From Polyangia bacterium (GTDB lineage: Bacteria > Myxococcota_A > Polyangia > JAAYKL01), in NCBI GenBank assembly GCA_050287845.1, contig JBNKCR010000032.1, positions 1 through 53,753 of the forward strand: DNA of 53,753 bases, read 5' to 3'. The notes under the pieces are model-generated. The model saw only the letters and a list, made by a program, of their open reading frames with translations, was not told the origin of the DNA and searched no databases. This document shows positions 19,174-28,871 of this stretch, piece after piece; position 1 is the stretch's first letter; each line of letters begins with the position of its first letter. Both the position numbers and the translations under genes were made by a program.

Positions 19174-22100
19174 TCACCCGTTGGAAGGGCTCACCCGGAC
19201 AGTGACCACATTGTTGCCGTTGCCGTGCAAATTCACCGTAATCGAACTTGCCGAATCCCAGGGGGTCAGGCGAACGCCCCCTCCCCACAGATGGGTAAAA
19301 GTGAAACTGCCGTCGGTGCCGTCGGTGCCATCGCTCCAACCCCAGGTGACGAATATACGGTTGTCTCCGCTGTCCACGGTCCCGTCCACCAACCGGAGAT
19401 CCACGCTCTGAAATCCTGCTGCACTCGTGGGGATTAGATTGAAACAGTCGTTGTTCACCACCGAAAATGATGTGGTGCCGCTGTTATCGAACACAATATC
19501 CTGACAGTTCGCGGGTTGCGTGTCGGTGTCCGGAAGGGCGCCGGTATCCGTATCTGTATCCGGTTCGGCGCAGTCCAGTCTCAACCAGTCCAGGTAAAGA
19601 TTCCGGTCGCCCGAAAAGTCGGCGTCGTTGTCGTAATGCACCGATACCGTATGGTCGCCGGTCAGGGCGTCAAATGTGGCGGTATACAGTTCATCGGTAT
19701 CTCCGTTCAGATAGGTGTCCAGCACCGGATTCGCCGTATCGCCATCGATGGCCACCAGCATATGTGGCCACTGGCCATCGGAATCGCTGTCAAAACCGTA
19801 ACTGCCTCTGGCCAGAACCTCGACAACGGACTCGCCGGAAAATGTATGGGTGACGGAAACGCTGCCGTTTTCATCGAGACACCAGGACGGCGGCACGCTC
19901 ATTCCGACGCTGGTGGTCACGGGCGGCGCCTCCACCTGATATGTGGAAGCCACACATAGAGGCGGCGTGCAGGGGCCCTCGCTCACCAGTAACCGATAAT
20001 TGCAATCTCCGCTGCAGGGGCCATTCGTTTCGGCGTTGGGTCCCTCTTCAGAGACCAGCACCAGATAGGTCTGGCTGGCCAGCGCCGCAAAATCCAATCC
20101 GGCTTCTCCGGTCCTGGCATCCACCTGGGTATAGGCGCTCTGACACAGATCGCGCTGTTGCTGAAGGCGTCGCACCTCAATCACAGGCGAAATGGCCCCG
20201 CTCAGTCCCGTCTGGTCCGTGCGCAGACAATAGGTGGTGTCGGTGGACGGTTGTATCCTGAAGTACGCCGCGTTGGGCCAGAATGGATTGGCGTCGCTGA
20301 AACTGCCACCGTGGGCCCGGGTCCAGCCCCGCCAGTCCGCCGTGCAATCATATCCGCCGCAATCGGTGGTGGCGGCGCTGTGGTCGCTGTTGGCGTATCC
20401 CGTCAGATTTCCCTGCACCACCGCAGTTCCTGAGGCCGGCACTTCCGTAATATCGTACACCCGGGGGGCATCGGTCACCCGTTCACAGGCGCCGTTGTTC
20501 CACAGCAGCCGCGAAAGGGTCAACCGGAACGTTCCCCGTTCACCCCGGGCGCCATCCACAAATACATACACCCGATGGGGGGTCGCCGACTGATCGTTGC
20601 GGGGGTACACCACCGTTTGCGCCACATGTCCGGCGGCACTGGCGCAATTGTATGAACCGTCCGCGGCGAACACGCAGGCCGTGGGCGACGGGGGATATGT
20701 CCACGTGCCCGCATCAGACGTTCGCGTGCACCACGCATAATCGATGGGACCGCACACCTGCGATTCAAACCCCCAGTCCCGTCCGGCCGTATTGGCCCGG
20801 TACTCCCAGGGCACCGGTGGCGGGTTCCCGCTGCCTTCGTCGTCGGGCTGGTAGAGACACGGGTTGCTGGCCGCCGCATCACAGCTGTCATTGCTGGTGT
20901 ACACCACTGCCCGGAAATCGTCTTCCAGCGTACCGGCATCCAAATCGGATTCCACCGTAATCACGAAGGCGTACAAATCCTGCTGTGCGCTGTCAGTGGC
21001 CTCATAATCAAAATAGTACACCACATCCCCCCCCAGGGATCCGATGGGGGTGGCGCCATCATTTTCGACGCAACTGCTGTGGCCCGCCGAATAGTCATTC
21101 ACCGCGCAATCGGTGGAGCCCGTCACGGTGGCAATTACGCCTTCAACCGTGTTGGCAATCGTACCACCGCCCAGTTGAACCGCATCGGCACAGGTGTCGT
21201 TCGCCGCCGATGTATGCCGGACATTCCAGCACAAGCCATCGTCCCCGATTGGTGTGGCGGAATCGGTATCCAGAGCCGCCACCGGAAGCCAGACACTGTC
21301 GTCCACCATACCGCAGAATCCGGTCCAGCAGCTGGGATTGAAAATGGCTGTATCCAGCTCGCACAGGGTCGCCGCCGGTTCGTGGGCTTCAATGCATCGT
21401 CCCAGATGGTCACATTCGAATCCGGTGATGCAGTCGTCGGGCACGGTATCCATCCCATCGCCGCACGTCGTCCCTTCCGCCAGCAAAGTCACCCCGCACA
21501 CGCCACTTTCGCAGATGCGAGCGCCCAGACAGTCTGATGTATCCGTATCCACGCTGCACACGGTTCCATCGGCCACGGGAGAATACTGACACCGGTTCTC
21601 TCCAAGACATACTTCGCTGGTACACGGATTGCCATCGTCACAATCCGTGACATCCGTACACTCGATAGCGGTGGGCAGCTCGCAATTGCCAATGCCGGTG
21701 TACGTGATAATATCTGCGCCTCCCAGAGGATACGTCCCCTCGCAACACACATATCGGTTATCGATGGCATCCTGATCAGAATCCAGCAAATCCTGTGGTG
21801 TCACTCCGGGTTGTTCCGGACGCCACCATTCGCATCCCCCGAAACAACTGCACTTGAGATACCCGTTGCAGTAGGACGGACCACATACATGATAGCCCAG
21901 GTCCGGGTCTTTCACACACACCCCATGGCGACCGGCGAGGTCATTGTTGCAATGGCTGGTCACGTTCGGATCGCACCGGCAGAGACCCACATTGGAAGTG
22001 GCGCCCGGGCGGTCATAATCAAATACGCATTCCCCAAATTCACAGTCGCTGTGGTGGCTGCAGGTCACCCCGTCGGCAATGGCGTCTTCCCACCAGCACT

Positions 22101-22377
22101 CATCCATCTTTCCCACGTTGGTACAGCATTCCTCCACCGCCCCCTGGAAATTTCCGTGTTCAAGAACACTTTGCAATTCGCTCCAGGTCGCCTCTCCCGC
22201 TGTATCCGCCTCCAATTGCCTGGACGTCACTTTGGAGTCGACCATCCTGTCCTGGCCATCGTCACTGGCGTCGTGTCTCTCGTTTGTGTCCGTGCATCCG
22301 GCTATCCCCATCGCAAACAGAAGTATCTCCACCATTCGGGTTGCGCTCAATATTGAAAGATATTTTCTCTGCACCAT
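19174..22377 (-). CDS. Large Cys-rich lipoprotein with a putative Ca-dependent xylan-binding CBM (CBM60-like) near the C-terminus
   Basis: Lipobox IAGC, CDDGNPCT repeats and NDTCADA motif. WPHMLVAIDG..HTVSVHYDND..DRNLYLDWL resembles CBM60-like modules. Confidence 0.75.
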   Translation of the reverse strand: MVQRKYLSILSATRMVEILLFAMGIAGCTDTNERHDASDDGQDRMVDSKVTSRQLEADTAGEATWSELQSVLEHGNFQGAVEECCTNVGKMDECWWEDAIADGVTCSHHSDCEFGECVFDYDRPGATSNVGLCRCDPNVTSHCNNDLAGRHGVCVKDPDLGYHVCGPSYCNGYLKCSCFGGCEWWRPEQPGVTPQDLLDSDQDAIDNRYVCCEGTYPLGGADIITYTGIGNCELPTAIECTDVTDCDDGNPCTSEVCLGENRCQYSPVADGTVCSVDTDTSDCLGARICESGVCGVTLLAEGTTCGDGMDTVPDDCITGFECDHLGRCIEAHEPAATLCELDTAIFNPSCWTGFCGMVDDSVWLPVAALDTDSATPIGDDGLCWNVRHTSAANDTCADAVQLGGGTIANTVEGVIATVTGSTDCAVNDYSAGHSSCVENDGATPIGSLGGDVVYYFDYEATDSAQQDLYAFVITVESDLDAGTLEDDFRAVVYTSNDSCDAAASNPCLYQPDDEGSGNPPPVPWEYRANTAGRDWGFESQVCGPIDYAWCTRTSDAGTWTYPPSPTACVFAADGSYNCASAAGHVAQTVVYPRNDQSATPHRVYVFVDGARGERGTFRLTLSRLLWNNGACERVTDAPRVYDITEVPASGTAVVQGNLTGYANSDHSAATTDCGGYDCTADWRGWTRAHGGSFSDANPFWPNAAYFRIQPSTDTTYCLRTDQTGLSGAISPVIEVRRLQQQRDLCQSAYTQVDARTGEAGLDFAALASQTYLVLVSEEGPNAETNGPCSGDCNYRLLVSEGPCTPPLCVASTYQVEAPPVTTSVGMSVPPSWCLDENGSVSVTHTFSGESVVEVLARGSYGFDSDSDGQWPHMLVAIDGDTANPVLDTYLNGDTDELYTATFDALTGDHTVSVHYDNDADFSGDRNLYLDWLRLDCAEPDTDTDTGALPDTDTQPANCQDIVFDNSGTTSFSVVNNDCFNLIPTSAAGFQSVDLRLVDGTVDSGDNRIFVTWGWSDGTDGTDGSFTFTHLWGGGVRLTPWDSASSITVNLHGNGNNVVTVRVSPSNG

Positions 22378-22787
22378 GGTACCCTCTTTCGGTCAATTTT
22401 CATTGCTCCGGATGTTGCCGGACAGTTCCATCAACCTGTCTATAATATCAGAACTATATACAATTAACTTTAACTTGTCAGAACTTCGACTATTTTTAAG
22501 TACCTCCCCTGTTGAATATTCCCCCTTTGTTCTGAGATGCAAATTCAAACCGAATTTCTGAATCAATCCGGTCCGGAAATAATTTTATAGTATTGGTTCC
22601 GTATTGTTCTGTTCGCTCCTGTCTGTCCCGGGATGAAATCCGAATTATCCGGGATGATTACCGGCGTAAAGATTTGATGGACCTTGACACTGGCTTGGGT
22701 GTATATCTTGGCCAAGTGGAAATGACCGAATTACCATCTCAGTTAAACAATGTTTCATTCTGAACAGCGAAATCGCGGGGAGGCTGC

Positions 22788-23849
22788 ATGAGTCGGTTCT
22801 GGAGTGAGGTGACCAAAGCACTTGAACCATATGTGCCCGGTGAGCAACCTCAACTGAATAATATCGTGAAATTGAACACAAACGAAAACCCCTACGGTCC
22901 GTCGCCCATGGTGCTCAAGGCCATATCCGAAGAAACCACTGCAAATCTGCGGAAGTACCCGGATCCCAACGCGGCAGTATTGAAGCAGGCGATTGCCCGC
23001 TATCATCAGATCCGGGAAGATCAGGTGTTCACCGGAAATGGTTCGGATGAAGTGCTCGCCCTGCTGTTCACCGCGTTTTTCAAAGGCAAGCAGCCCATCC
23101 TGTTTCCGGATGTCACCTACAGTTTTTATCCGGTGTATTGCAGACTGTTTGAAATCGAGTACAGCGAAATCCCGCTGAACAGCCGTTTCGAAATTGATGT
23201 GGACAGCTACTCTCAGCCCAACGGTGGCATTATTTTTCCAAACCCCAATGCCCCGACCGGAATCTTTCTCAACACCGGCGCCATTGAAAAACTGCTGGCC
23301 ATGCATCCGGATTCCGTGGTGGTCGTTGATGAAGCGTACGTGGATTTCGGGGGCCGAAGCTGCATTCCGCTGATTGACCGATACCCGAATCTTATGGTGG
23401 TCCACACGCTTTCCAAATCCAGAAGTCTTGCCGGGCTGCGGGTGGGTTTTGCCTGCGGGAATCCGGAACTCATCGAAGGATTGGAGCGGGTGAAAAACAG
23501 CTTCAATTCGTATCCCCTGGACCGACTGGCCATCGCCGGCGCCACAGCATCGTTTGACGACAACAATTACTTCAAGGAAACCACCGAGCAAATTATCTAC
23601 AATCGGGATTTTCTCAGCAAGGGACTGAAAACATTGGGCTTTCAGGTGCTGCCATCCAGAGCCAATTTTGTATTTGCCACTCACCGACTGGATGCCGGGT
23701 TTCTCAAAGACGAGTTGCAGCGGCAATCCATTTTTGTACGGCATTTCAATGGGCCCCGGATTGATCCGTTTCTGCGCATCACCGTGGGCACATATCGCGA
23801 AATCAAACTGCTTCTGTCCGCCCTTGAAGAGATTCTGAACAACGCATGA
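22788..23849 (+). CDS. hisC: Histidinol-phosphate aminotransferase
   Basis: KLNTNENPY, GNGSDE, PNAPTG, DEAYVDF and TLSKSRSLAGLRVG motifs. Confidence 0.95.
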   Translation: MSRFWSEVTKALEPYVPGEQPQLNNIVKLNTNENPYGPSPMVLKAISEETTANLRKYPDPNAAVLKQAIARYHQIREDQVFTGNGSDEVLALLFTAFFKGKQPILFPDVTYSFYPVYCRLFEIEYSEIPLNSRFEIDVDSYSQPNGGIIFPNPNAPTGIFLNTGAIEKLLAMHPDSVVVVDEAYVDFGGRSCIPLIDRYPNLMVVHTLSKSRSLAGLRVGFACGNPELIEGLERVKNSFNSYPLDRLAIAGATASFDDNNYFKETTEQIIYNRDFLSKGLKTLGFQVLPSRANFVFATHRLDAGFLKDELQRQSIFVRHFNGPRIDPFLRITVGTYREIKLLLSALEEILNNA

Positions 23850-23861
23850 GAGGGTACCGCC

Positions 23862-24335
23862 ATGACGATTCAGTTCAATTCGTCCGTTATCATCACCGAA
23901 CAGGTGGACGTCCTCGCCGATTTTTATCGCGAGGTTCTGCAGCAGGAAGTGGCTTTTGACTTCGGGGCGTGCATCTCATTCTCGTGTGGATTATCTATCT
24001 GGAAACCGACGGCGGAACATGTGGTCCGTGGGCACCTGCAACAGCAGGAGCCGGGCACTGCACGACCATTTGAACTCTGTTTTGAAACCGACGATTTTGA
24101 TGGGGCGCGCAGCCGGCTGAAACAGAACCGGGTGCGGTTTCTTCACGACACCCGTCTGGAATCCTGGGGACAATACGTGGTTCGATTTTTCGATCCCGAC
24201 GGAAACCTGGTCGAAGTGGGCGAGTCGATTCCCTGCTTTGTGAAGCGGTTGCATCGGGAAGGCCTGTCCATCGACGAGGTGGCCCAAAAAACATCGGTTC
24301 CCATCGACACCGTGAAACAAATCTGCAGGGGATAA
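23862..24335 (+). CDS. VOC/glyoxalase family protein
   Basis: FYREVL, ELCFETDD and ESWGQYVVRFFDPDGNLVEVGE motifs. Confidence 0.85.
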   Translation: MTIQFNSSVIITEQVDVLADFYREVLQQEVAFDFGACISFSCGLSIWKPTAEHVVRGHLQQQEPGTARPFELCFETDDFDGARSRLKQNRVRFLHDTRLESWGQYVVRFFDPDGNLVEVGESIPCFVKRLHREGLSIDEVAQKTSVPIDTVKQICRG

Positions 24336-24339
24336 CGGT

Positions 24340-24981
24340 GTGGCAAAGGCACTTGTGATATTGGGGACGGGGGGCAACTGCCTGGATATTCTCGATGCCG
24401 TGCAGGCGCTCAATCGACACTCCCATCAATACGATGTGCTCGGTTTTCTCGACGACAATCCCGCCACCCACCATCAGCTGTTCGGTGGGTACACCGTGCA
24501 TGGGCCTTTGTCTCTTGCTTCCCGGTTCAAGGACGCATTCTTCGTCAACGGCATCGGCAGCCCCCGAAGCTATCCGGACAAACCGAAAATCAACCACGCC
24601 CTTGAAATCGAACCGGAACGGTTCGCCACCATTGTGCATCCCTCCGCAGCAGTATCGCCCCTTGCAACCGTCGGAAAGGGTACCGTGATACTTGCCAATA
24701 CCACCGTCTGCGCCAACGCGCGGATTGACCATCACGGGATGATATTGCCCGGTTGTGTCATCAGTCACGACTGCCGTCTGCACGATTACGTCATAATGGC
24801 TTCGGGCGCAGTGCTCTGCGGCAGGGTGACCCTGAAAAAATCGTGTTACATCGGTGCGGGCAGTGTCATTCTCGAAGGCATCACCGTGGGCCCGGGCAGT
24901 CTTGTTGGCGCCGGCAGTGTAGTTACCAGGGATGTGTCCCCGGACACCATTGTGGTTGGCAATCCCGCACGACCCCGCTGA
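24340..24981 (+). CDS. NeuD/PglD-like hexapeptide-repeat sugar O/N-acetyltransferase
   Basis: ILGTGG, GFLDD, IVHPSA, SHD and GAGSVVTRDV..VGNPAR motifs. Confidence 0.88.
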   Translation: MAKALVILGTGGNCLDILDAVQALNRHSHQYDVLGFLDDNPATHHQLFGGYTVHGPLSLASRFKDAFFVNGIGSPRSYPDKPKINHALEIEPERFATIVHPSAAVSPLATVGKGTVILANTTVCANARIDHHGMILPGCVISHDCRLHDYVIMASGAVLCGRVTLKKSCYIGAGSVILEGITVGPGSLVGAGSVVTRDVSPDTIVVGNPARPR

Positions 24982-25033
24982 CGCGATGTGGCAGTATTAA
25001 TATTTTGCTGCACTGTGGGTGTGGCGAAGGGAT

Positions 25034-25525
25034 CTATTTCTTTTTGCCTCTGGCGGGCTTTTCTGGCGCGGGGTTTGCCTGCGGTTCATCGACTTCGGAT
25101 TTTGGAGGCCATTCGCCGCCATCGGGATCGGTGACCATTCCCAGCTTGGGAATACCGGCTTTTTTCACGATGGCCATCACCTGGACCACGAAACCGTATG
25201 GAATGTTCCGGTCTGCTTTCAGATACAGTTCCCCTTCCCGTTGCAACCGGGCGTTGTTGCCCAGAGTATCTTCGAGTTTTTCGTGGGGAATCAGGGTTTC
25301 TCCCAGAAACACCTGTCTGTCTCTGTCGATGGTCATGACCAGTTTGGATTCGTCCACATCCATCGGCTTCGCGTCCGCCTTTGGCAAATCCATTTCTACG
25401 CCCTTGTCGTCTATCATCGGTGCGGTGATCATAAAAATAATCAGCAGCACCAGCATTACGTCCACCAGGGGAGTGATGTTGATGTCGCTCATGGGGCCGT
25501 TGCCGCCACCTGTTGCCATTGCCAT
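25034..25525 (-). CDS. tolR: TolR/ExbD family protein
   Basis: INITPLVDVMLVLLIIFMITAP and LKADRNIPYGFVVQVM motifs. Confidence 0.85.
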   Translation of the reverse strand: MAMATGGGNGPMSDINITPLVDVMLVLLIIFMITAPMIDDKGVEMDLPKADAKPMDVDESKLVMTIDRDRQVFLGETLIPHEKLEDTLGNNARLQREGELYLKADRNIPYGFVVQVMAIVKKAGIPKLGMVTDPDGGEWPPKSEVDEPQANPAPEKPARGKKK

Positions 25526-25537
25526 GGGAATCTCCGT

Positions 25538-26305
25538 CTATTTGAAGAAATGTCGTTTCACAATATTAATGAAATCACTGGAAAAATTTTCCATCTCTGA
25601 AGACAGCACGCGAATTCTTCGAAGAAAATAGTTGTATGCAATCACTGCGGGAATCGCCGCCAGAAGACCAATTGCCGTGGCAATCAGCGCCTCGGAAATG
25701 CCCTGGGACACCACGTCCATGCCGGCCGAACCACTCTGATTGATTTGCATGAAGGAAATCATAATACCAATCACTGTTCCAAACAGACCCACAAACGGCG
25801 CCGTGGAACCGATGGTGGCAAGGAATGGTACCATGCTCTCCAGATAGGTCACTTCCGCAGTCATGGCCCTGCGCAGGGAACGATCCACGTTTCCGATGGC
25901 GCCGGCGCTGGTTTCATCTCTCTGACGGGTGTCACTTTCCTGCTGAGATTTTTCGGCGCTCTTCAGTTTGGACAATTCGATATATCCGGCCTTGAACAGT
26001 TTGGAAATGGGGCTGCGCTCGTACTGATTGGCTGCCTGATAAATTTCATCGAGTCGCTTGGACGCCCAGAAAACATCGAGAAATCGACCGGTTTGCAGAT
26101 GGGCCCGCTTCAGTTGGATGTATTTGTACACAACAATGAACACACCTGACAGAATGAAAATGAAGAGAAGTGCGATAACGCCCTTCACAATGGGAGAGGC
26201 TTCCATGATCAGCGAAAGCATCTGGTCGATACTGCCCACGTTCACGTCGGTTTCGCTCTGACCGGCTACGCCACTTACCAGAATTGTATTAACGATTTCT
26301 TTCAT
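25538..26305 (-). CDS. tolQ: TolQ/ExbB family proton channel
   Basis: FLATIGSTAPFVGLFGTV and GISEALIATAIGLLAAIPAVIAYN motifs. Confidence 0.87.
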   Translation of the reverse strand: MKEIVNTILVSGVAGQSETDVNVGSIDQMLSLIMEASPIVKGVIALLFIFILSGVFIVVYKYIQLKRAHLQTGRFLDVFWASKRLDEIYQAANQYERSPISKLFKAGYIELSKLKSAEKSQQESDTRQRDETSAGAIGNVDRSLRRAMTAEVTYLESMVPFLATIGSTAPFVGLFGTVIGIMISFMQINQSGSAGMDVVSQGISEALIATAIGLLAAIPAVIAYNYFLRRIRVLSSEMENFSSDFINIVKRHFFK

Positions 26306-26510
26306 ACCGGGTACTCTATCCTCTGGTTAAAATTTTGAAGTAGGATATACAGACGCTCAGTTCCTCTGCAACTTATTTTCCTGATTTTAAAAACTTATAA
26401 GTCCGCGGTTTTATTTCGAGGCCATTGAAATACGGCCTGTTTCCGGTACCCCTGTTGTTGAAACACGGTTGAGATTTACAATTCCGCCGTTGCCTGATAA
26501 ACAGGGCGCC

Positions 26511-27422
26511 ATGAAACGCTTATCAAATTTATCTGCAGTTCTGTCCAGACCCTTCATTATGCCTTCTGTAAGGTGGATACCGTTGTTGCTTGTGACCGCG
26601 TGTGTCATCCAGACCCTGGCAGCCGGCGTTGCGGTTGCGGACGATGGTGAATTCTGGGATGCCGGAGTCGCCAGTATCCTGGACACCAAACGGACGCACC
26701 GGTCGTACCTGAAGCTGGATGCCGGCGCCGGCGTATTGCACGATGTGGATCAGGATGTGCATATAAGACGGGATCCTCCTGCGGACTCGCGGTTTATGGC
26801 CGACGCGTTTTTCTACGGCATAAAACTCAACCGCCATGAACGGCTTTTTACGGTGTACGGCAATATCGGTCTCGGATCCCATGACCGTGGCGGATGGCAG
26901 CTCGATGGCTACCGGGCACGCCTGTCCGTGTACAGTTTTATCAATGGCGGGATGCTGAGACTGGGCACGATGTTCTGTGAGCGGGAAAAGGCATTGAACG
27001 AAAAATTTGTTGCCACGGTTCATCCGTTCGAATACGCCGCCGGCGGTGCGATGCGTATGTTGGTGCTCACGGTGAATGCGAAGGCGTTCGGGTATGAGTT
27101 TCGGCGATATTTTTCAAGGGATGATTATCACGGCATGCAACTGTTCCTGATGAATATCCGGGCGGGACTGGTGTTCGGAAAACATACGCCGATAAGCCTG
27201 GAAACCAGTGTGTCGGCCAGCGTGGGCGCATCATGGCATAAGCGGAAAGATTTTTCCTCCGCATTTGAAACCGTACTGCACTGGAACAACCGCGTCCTTC
27301 CCATGATGCTTGCCGCGAAAGCCGAATATCGGTATGCCAGTGACGACCGCGATAAAAAGGTGAAAACGGATTTCCACGACAGCTACTACATTGCGTCGGT
27401 GATGCTGGGCGCCCGATACTGA
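26511..27422 (+). CDS. Hypothetical exported protein, possible outer-membrane beta-barrel
   Basis: Signal peptide ending AVA-DD, amphipathic strands and C-terminal LGARY. Start 26511 or 26559. Confidence 0.55.
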   Translation: MKRLSNLSAVLSRPFIMPSVRWIPLLLVTACVIQTLAAGVAVADDGEFWDAGVASILDTKRTHRSYLKLDAGAGVLHDVDQDVHIRRDPPADSRFMADAFFYGIKLNRHERLFTVYGNIGLGSHDRGGWQLDGYRARLSVYSFINGGMLRLGTMFCEREKALNEKFVATVHPFEYAAGGAMRMLVLTVNAKAFGYEFRRYFSRDDYHGMQLFLMNIRAGLVFGKHTPISLETSVSASVGASWHKRKDFSSAFETVLHWNNRVLPMMLAAKAEYRYASDDRDKKVKTDFHDSYYIASVMLGARY

Positions 27423-27448
27423 TTGACCTTTTTGGGCTGATTCGAAAA

Positions 27449-28558
27449 TTACTGAATGGTGGAATTCACAACGGTATGTCTCGTGTCGTCGTGCATCGAG
27501 ATACCGGGTAACACGCTTTCCCATGAGCCGCCGGTGTTGTTCTGAATGACCGAATCCTCAATATGGATGCTGCCGGTGTGGTTGTTGCTGACAAAAAAGA
27601 TACCGCTGCCGTAAGCGTTGACCCGGTTGTTTTCGATAACACTGCCGTAAATGGACAGGATCATCTCGTTGCCGTCATTGTAAATGGCGCCACCACTGCC
27701 GCCGCCATCTGATCCTGCCTGCGCGGGATTACCGCCATTGCCGATGGCCCGGTTGTGGCTGAAATAGCTGTTGTATATCGACCACGATACCCCGATGCTG
27801 CTCAGGGCGCCGCCATTGGCCCCGGTATTTCCCAGGTCATCGCTGCCGCCAAAGGTGCTGTTGACTACATATACCGGCTGTCCCTGATATTGGGAAAACA
27901 CGCGAATGGCGCCACCACCCACATCGGGTCCGGTGTCCTGGCAGGCATTGGCAAAGAATCGGCAGTTCACCACTTTAAACCGTCCGCCTCTGACCCATAC
28001 AGCGCCGCCTCCTTCGTATTCCGTTTCACTCCGGGAATCACCGTCCACAAAGGTGAGGTTCTGGATGGTGAGTTGGGGATGGTCCTGATCCTGGCAATGG
28101 TCGGTGGTCCATTTCTGGTTGGCATCGCAGGTGTTCATATAAAGGATACGATGCCGCCCCTGACCGCTCAATGTCACTTTTCCACCGCCGTCAATCACAA
28201 TTCGTGGCCCGGTATCGTTGACGATTTTCGCGGTCTCATCCATCAGAATCCGGATGGGATCCGGGCCGCAGTTGAATGTAATCACCCCACCGCCGGCCAC
28301 CGCGTCCACCACTGAGGCACTGCTGCAGCTTTCCGGAGTGCCATCACCGATAACCGTGGAAGGAGAACTGATGTCTTCTTCGAGAGCGCTGGCAGGCACC
28401 GGAAAACTCCCTGCCGGATTTCCGGCGGCGGGAAGCTCATCGCCGAAATCGGTGTATCGCGGCAACGTGCCATCCGGGGTGTCGGCGCTGTCACAGGCGG
28501 AATACAGACTCACTGTACCGCTCAGAATCATCAGTAGAATGGTAATTGGTCTGTTCAT
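27449..28558 (-). CDS. Lipoprotein with pectin-lyase-like beta-helix (GGA[I/V/L] repeats)
   Basis: AAGGAG RBS, lipobox YSAC, and GGVITFNCG, GGGAVW, GGGAIR, GGALS and GGAIYND repeats. Confidence 0.8.
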   Translation of the reverse strand: MNRPITILLMILSGTVSLYSACDSADTPDGTLPRYTDFGDELPAAGNPAGSFPVPASALEEDISSPSTVIGDGTPESCSSASVVDAVAGGGVITFNCGPDPIRILMDETAKIVNDTGPRIVIDGGGKVTLSGQGRHRILYMNTCDANQKWTTDHCQDQDHPQLTIQNLTFVDGDSRSETEYEGGGAVWVRGGRFKVVNCRFFANACQDTGPDVGGGAIRVFSQYQGQPVYVVNSTFGGSDDLGNTGANGGALSSIGVSWSIYNSYFSHNRAIGNGGNPAQAGSDGGGSGGAIYNDGNEMILSIYGSVIENNRVNAYGSGIFFVSNNHTGSIHIEDSVIQNNTGGSWESVLPGISMHDDTRHTVVNSTIQ

Positions 28559-28871
28559 TTGCTGCTCCTTCACATGAAAGATGGTTTTTCAAGTATACCC
28601 GTACAAAATACATTGTGCATGGAAAAGTTGGCTGTGATAAAAATTATTACCGCTTCTGGCGATGAATCGGTTGATCGGATGGGCATCCGCTGAAGGTTCA
28701 CAACCGTGGAGATTTCCAGAGTGGCTGACCGTCAACAAATGGCGCTGGAAGAACCCAATACTTGATTTAGGTTACCTGTATACCATACTATTTTTAATAA
28801 CGAGTAATTCCTCATCCTGACATTTCCTGATTCATGCGATGTCACCGGATGCGAAAACAGGGGACCTGTGT

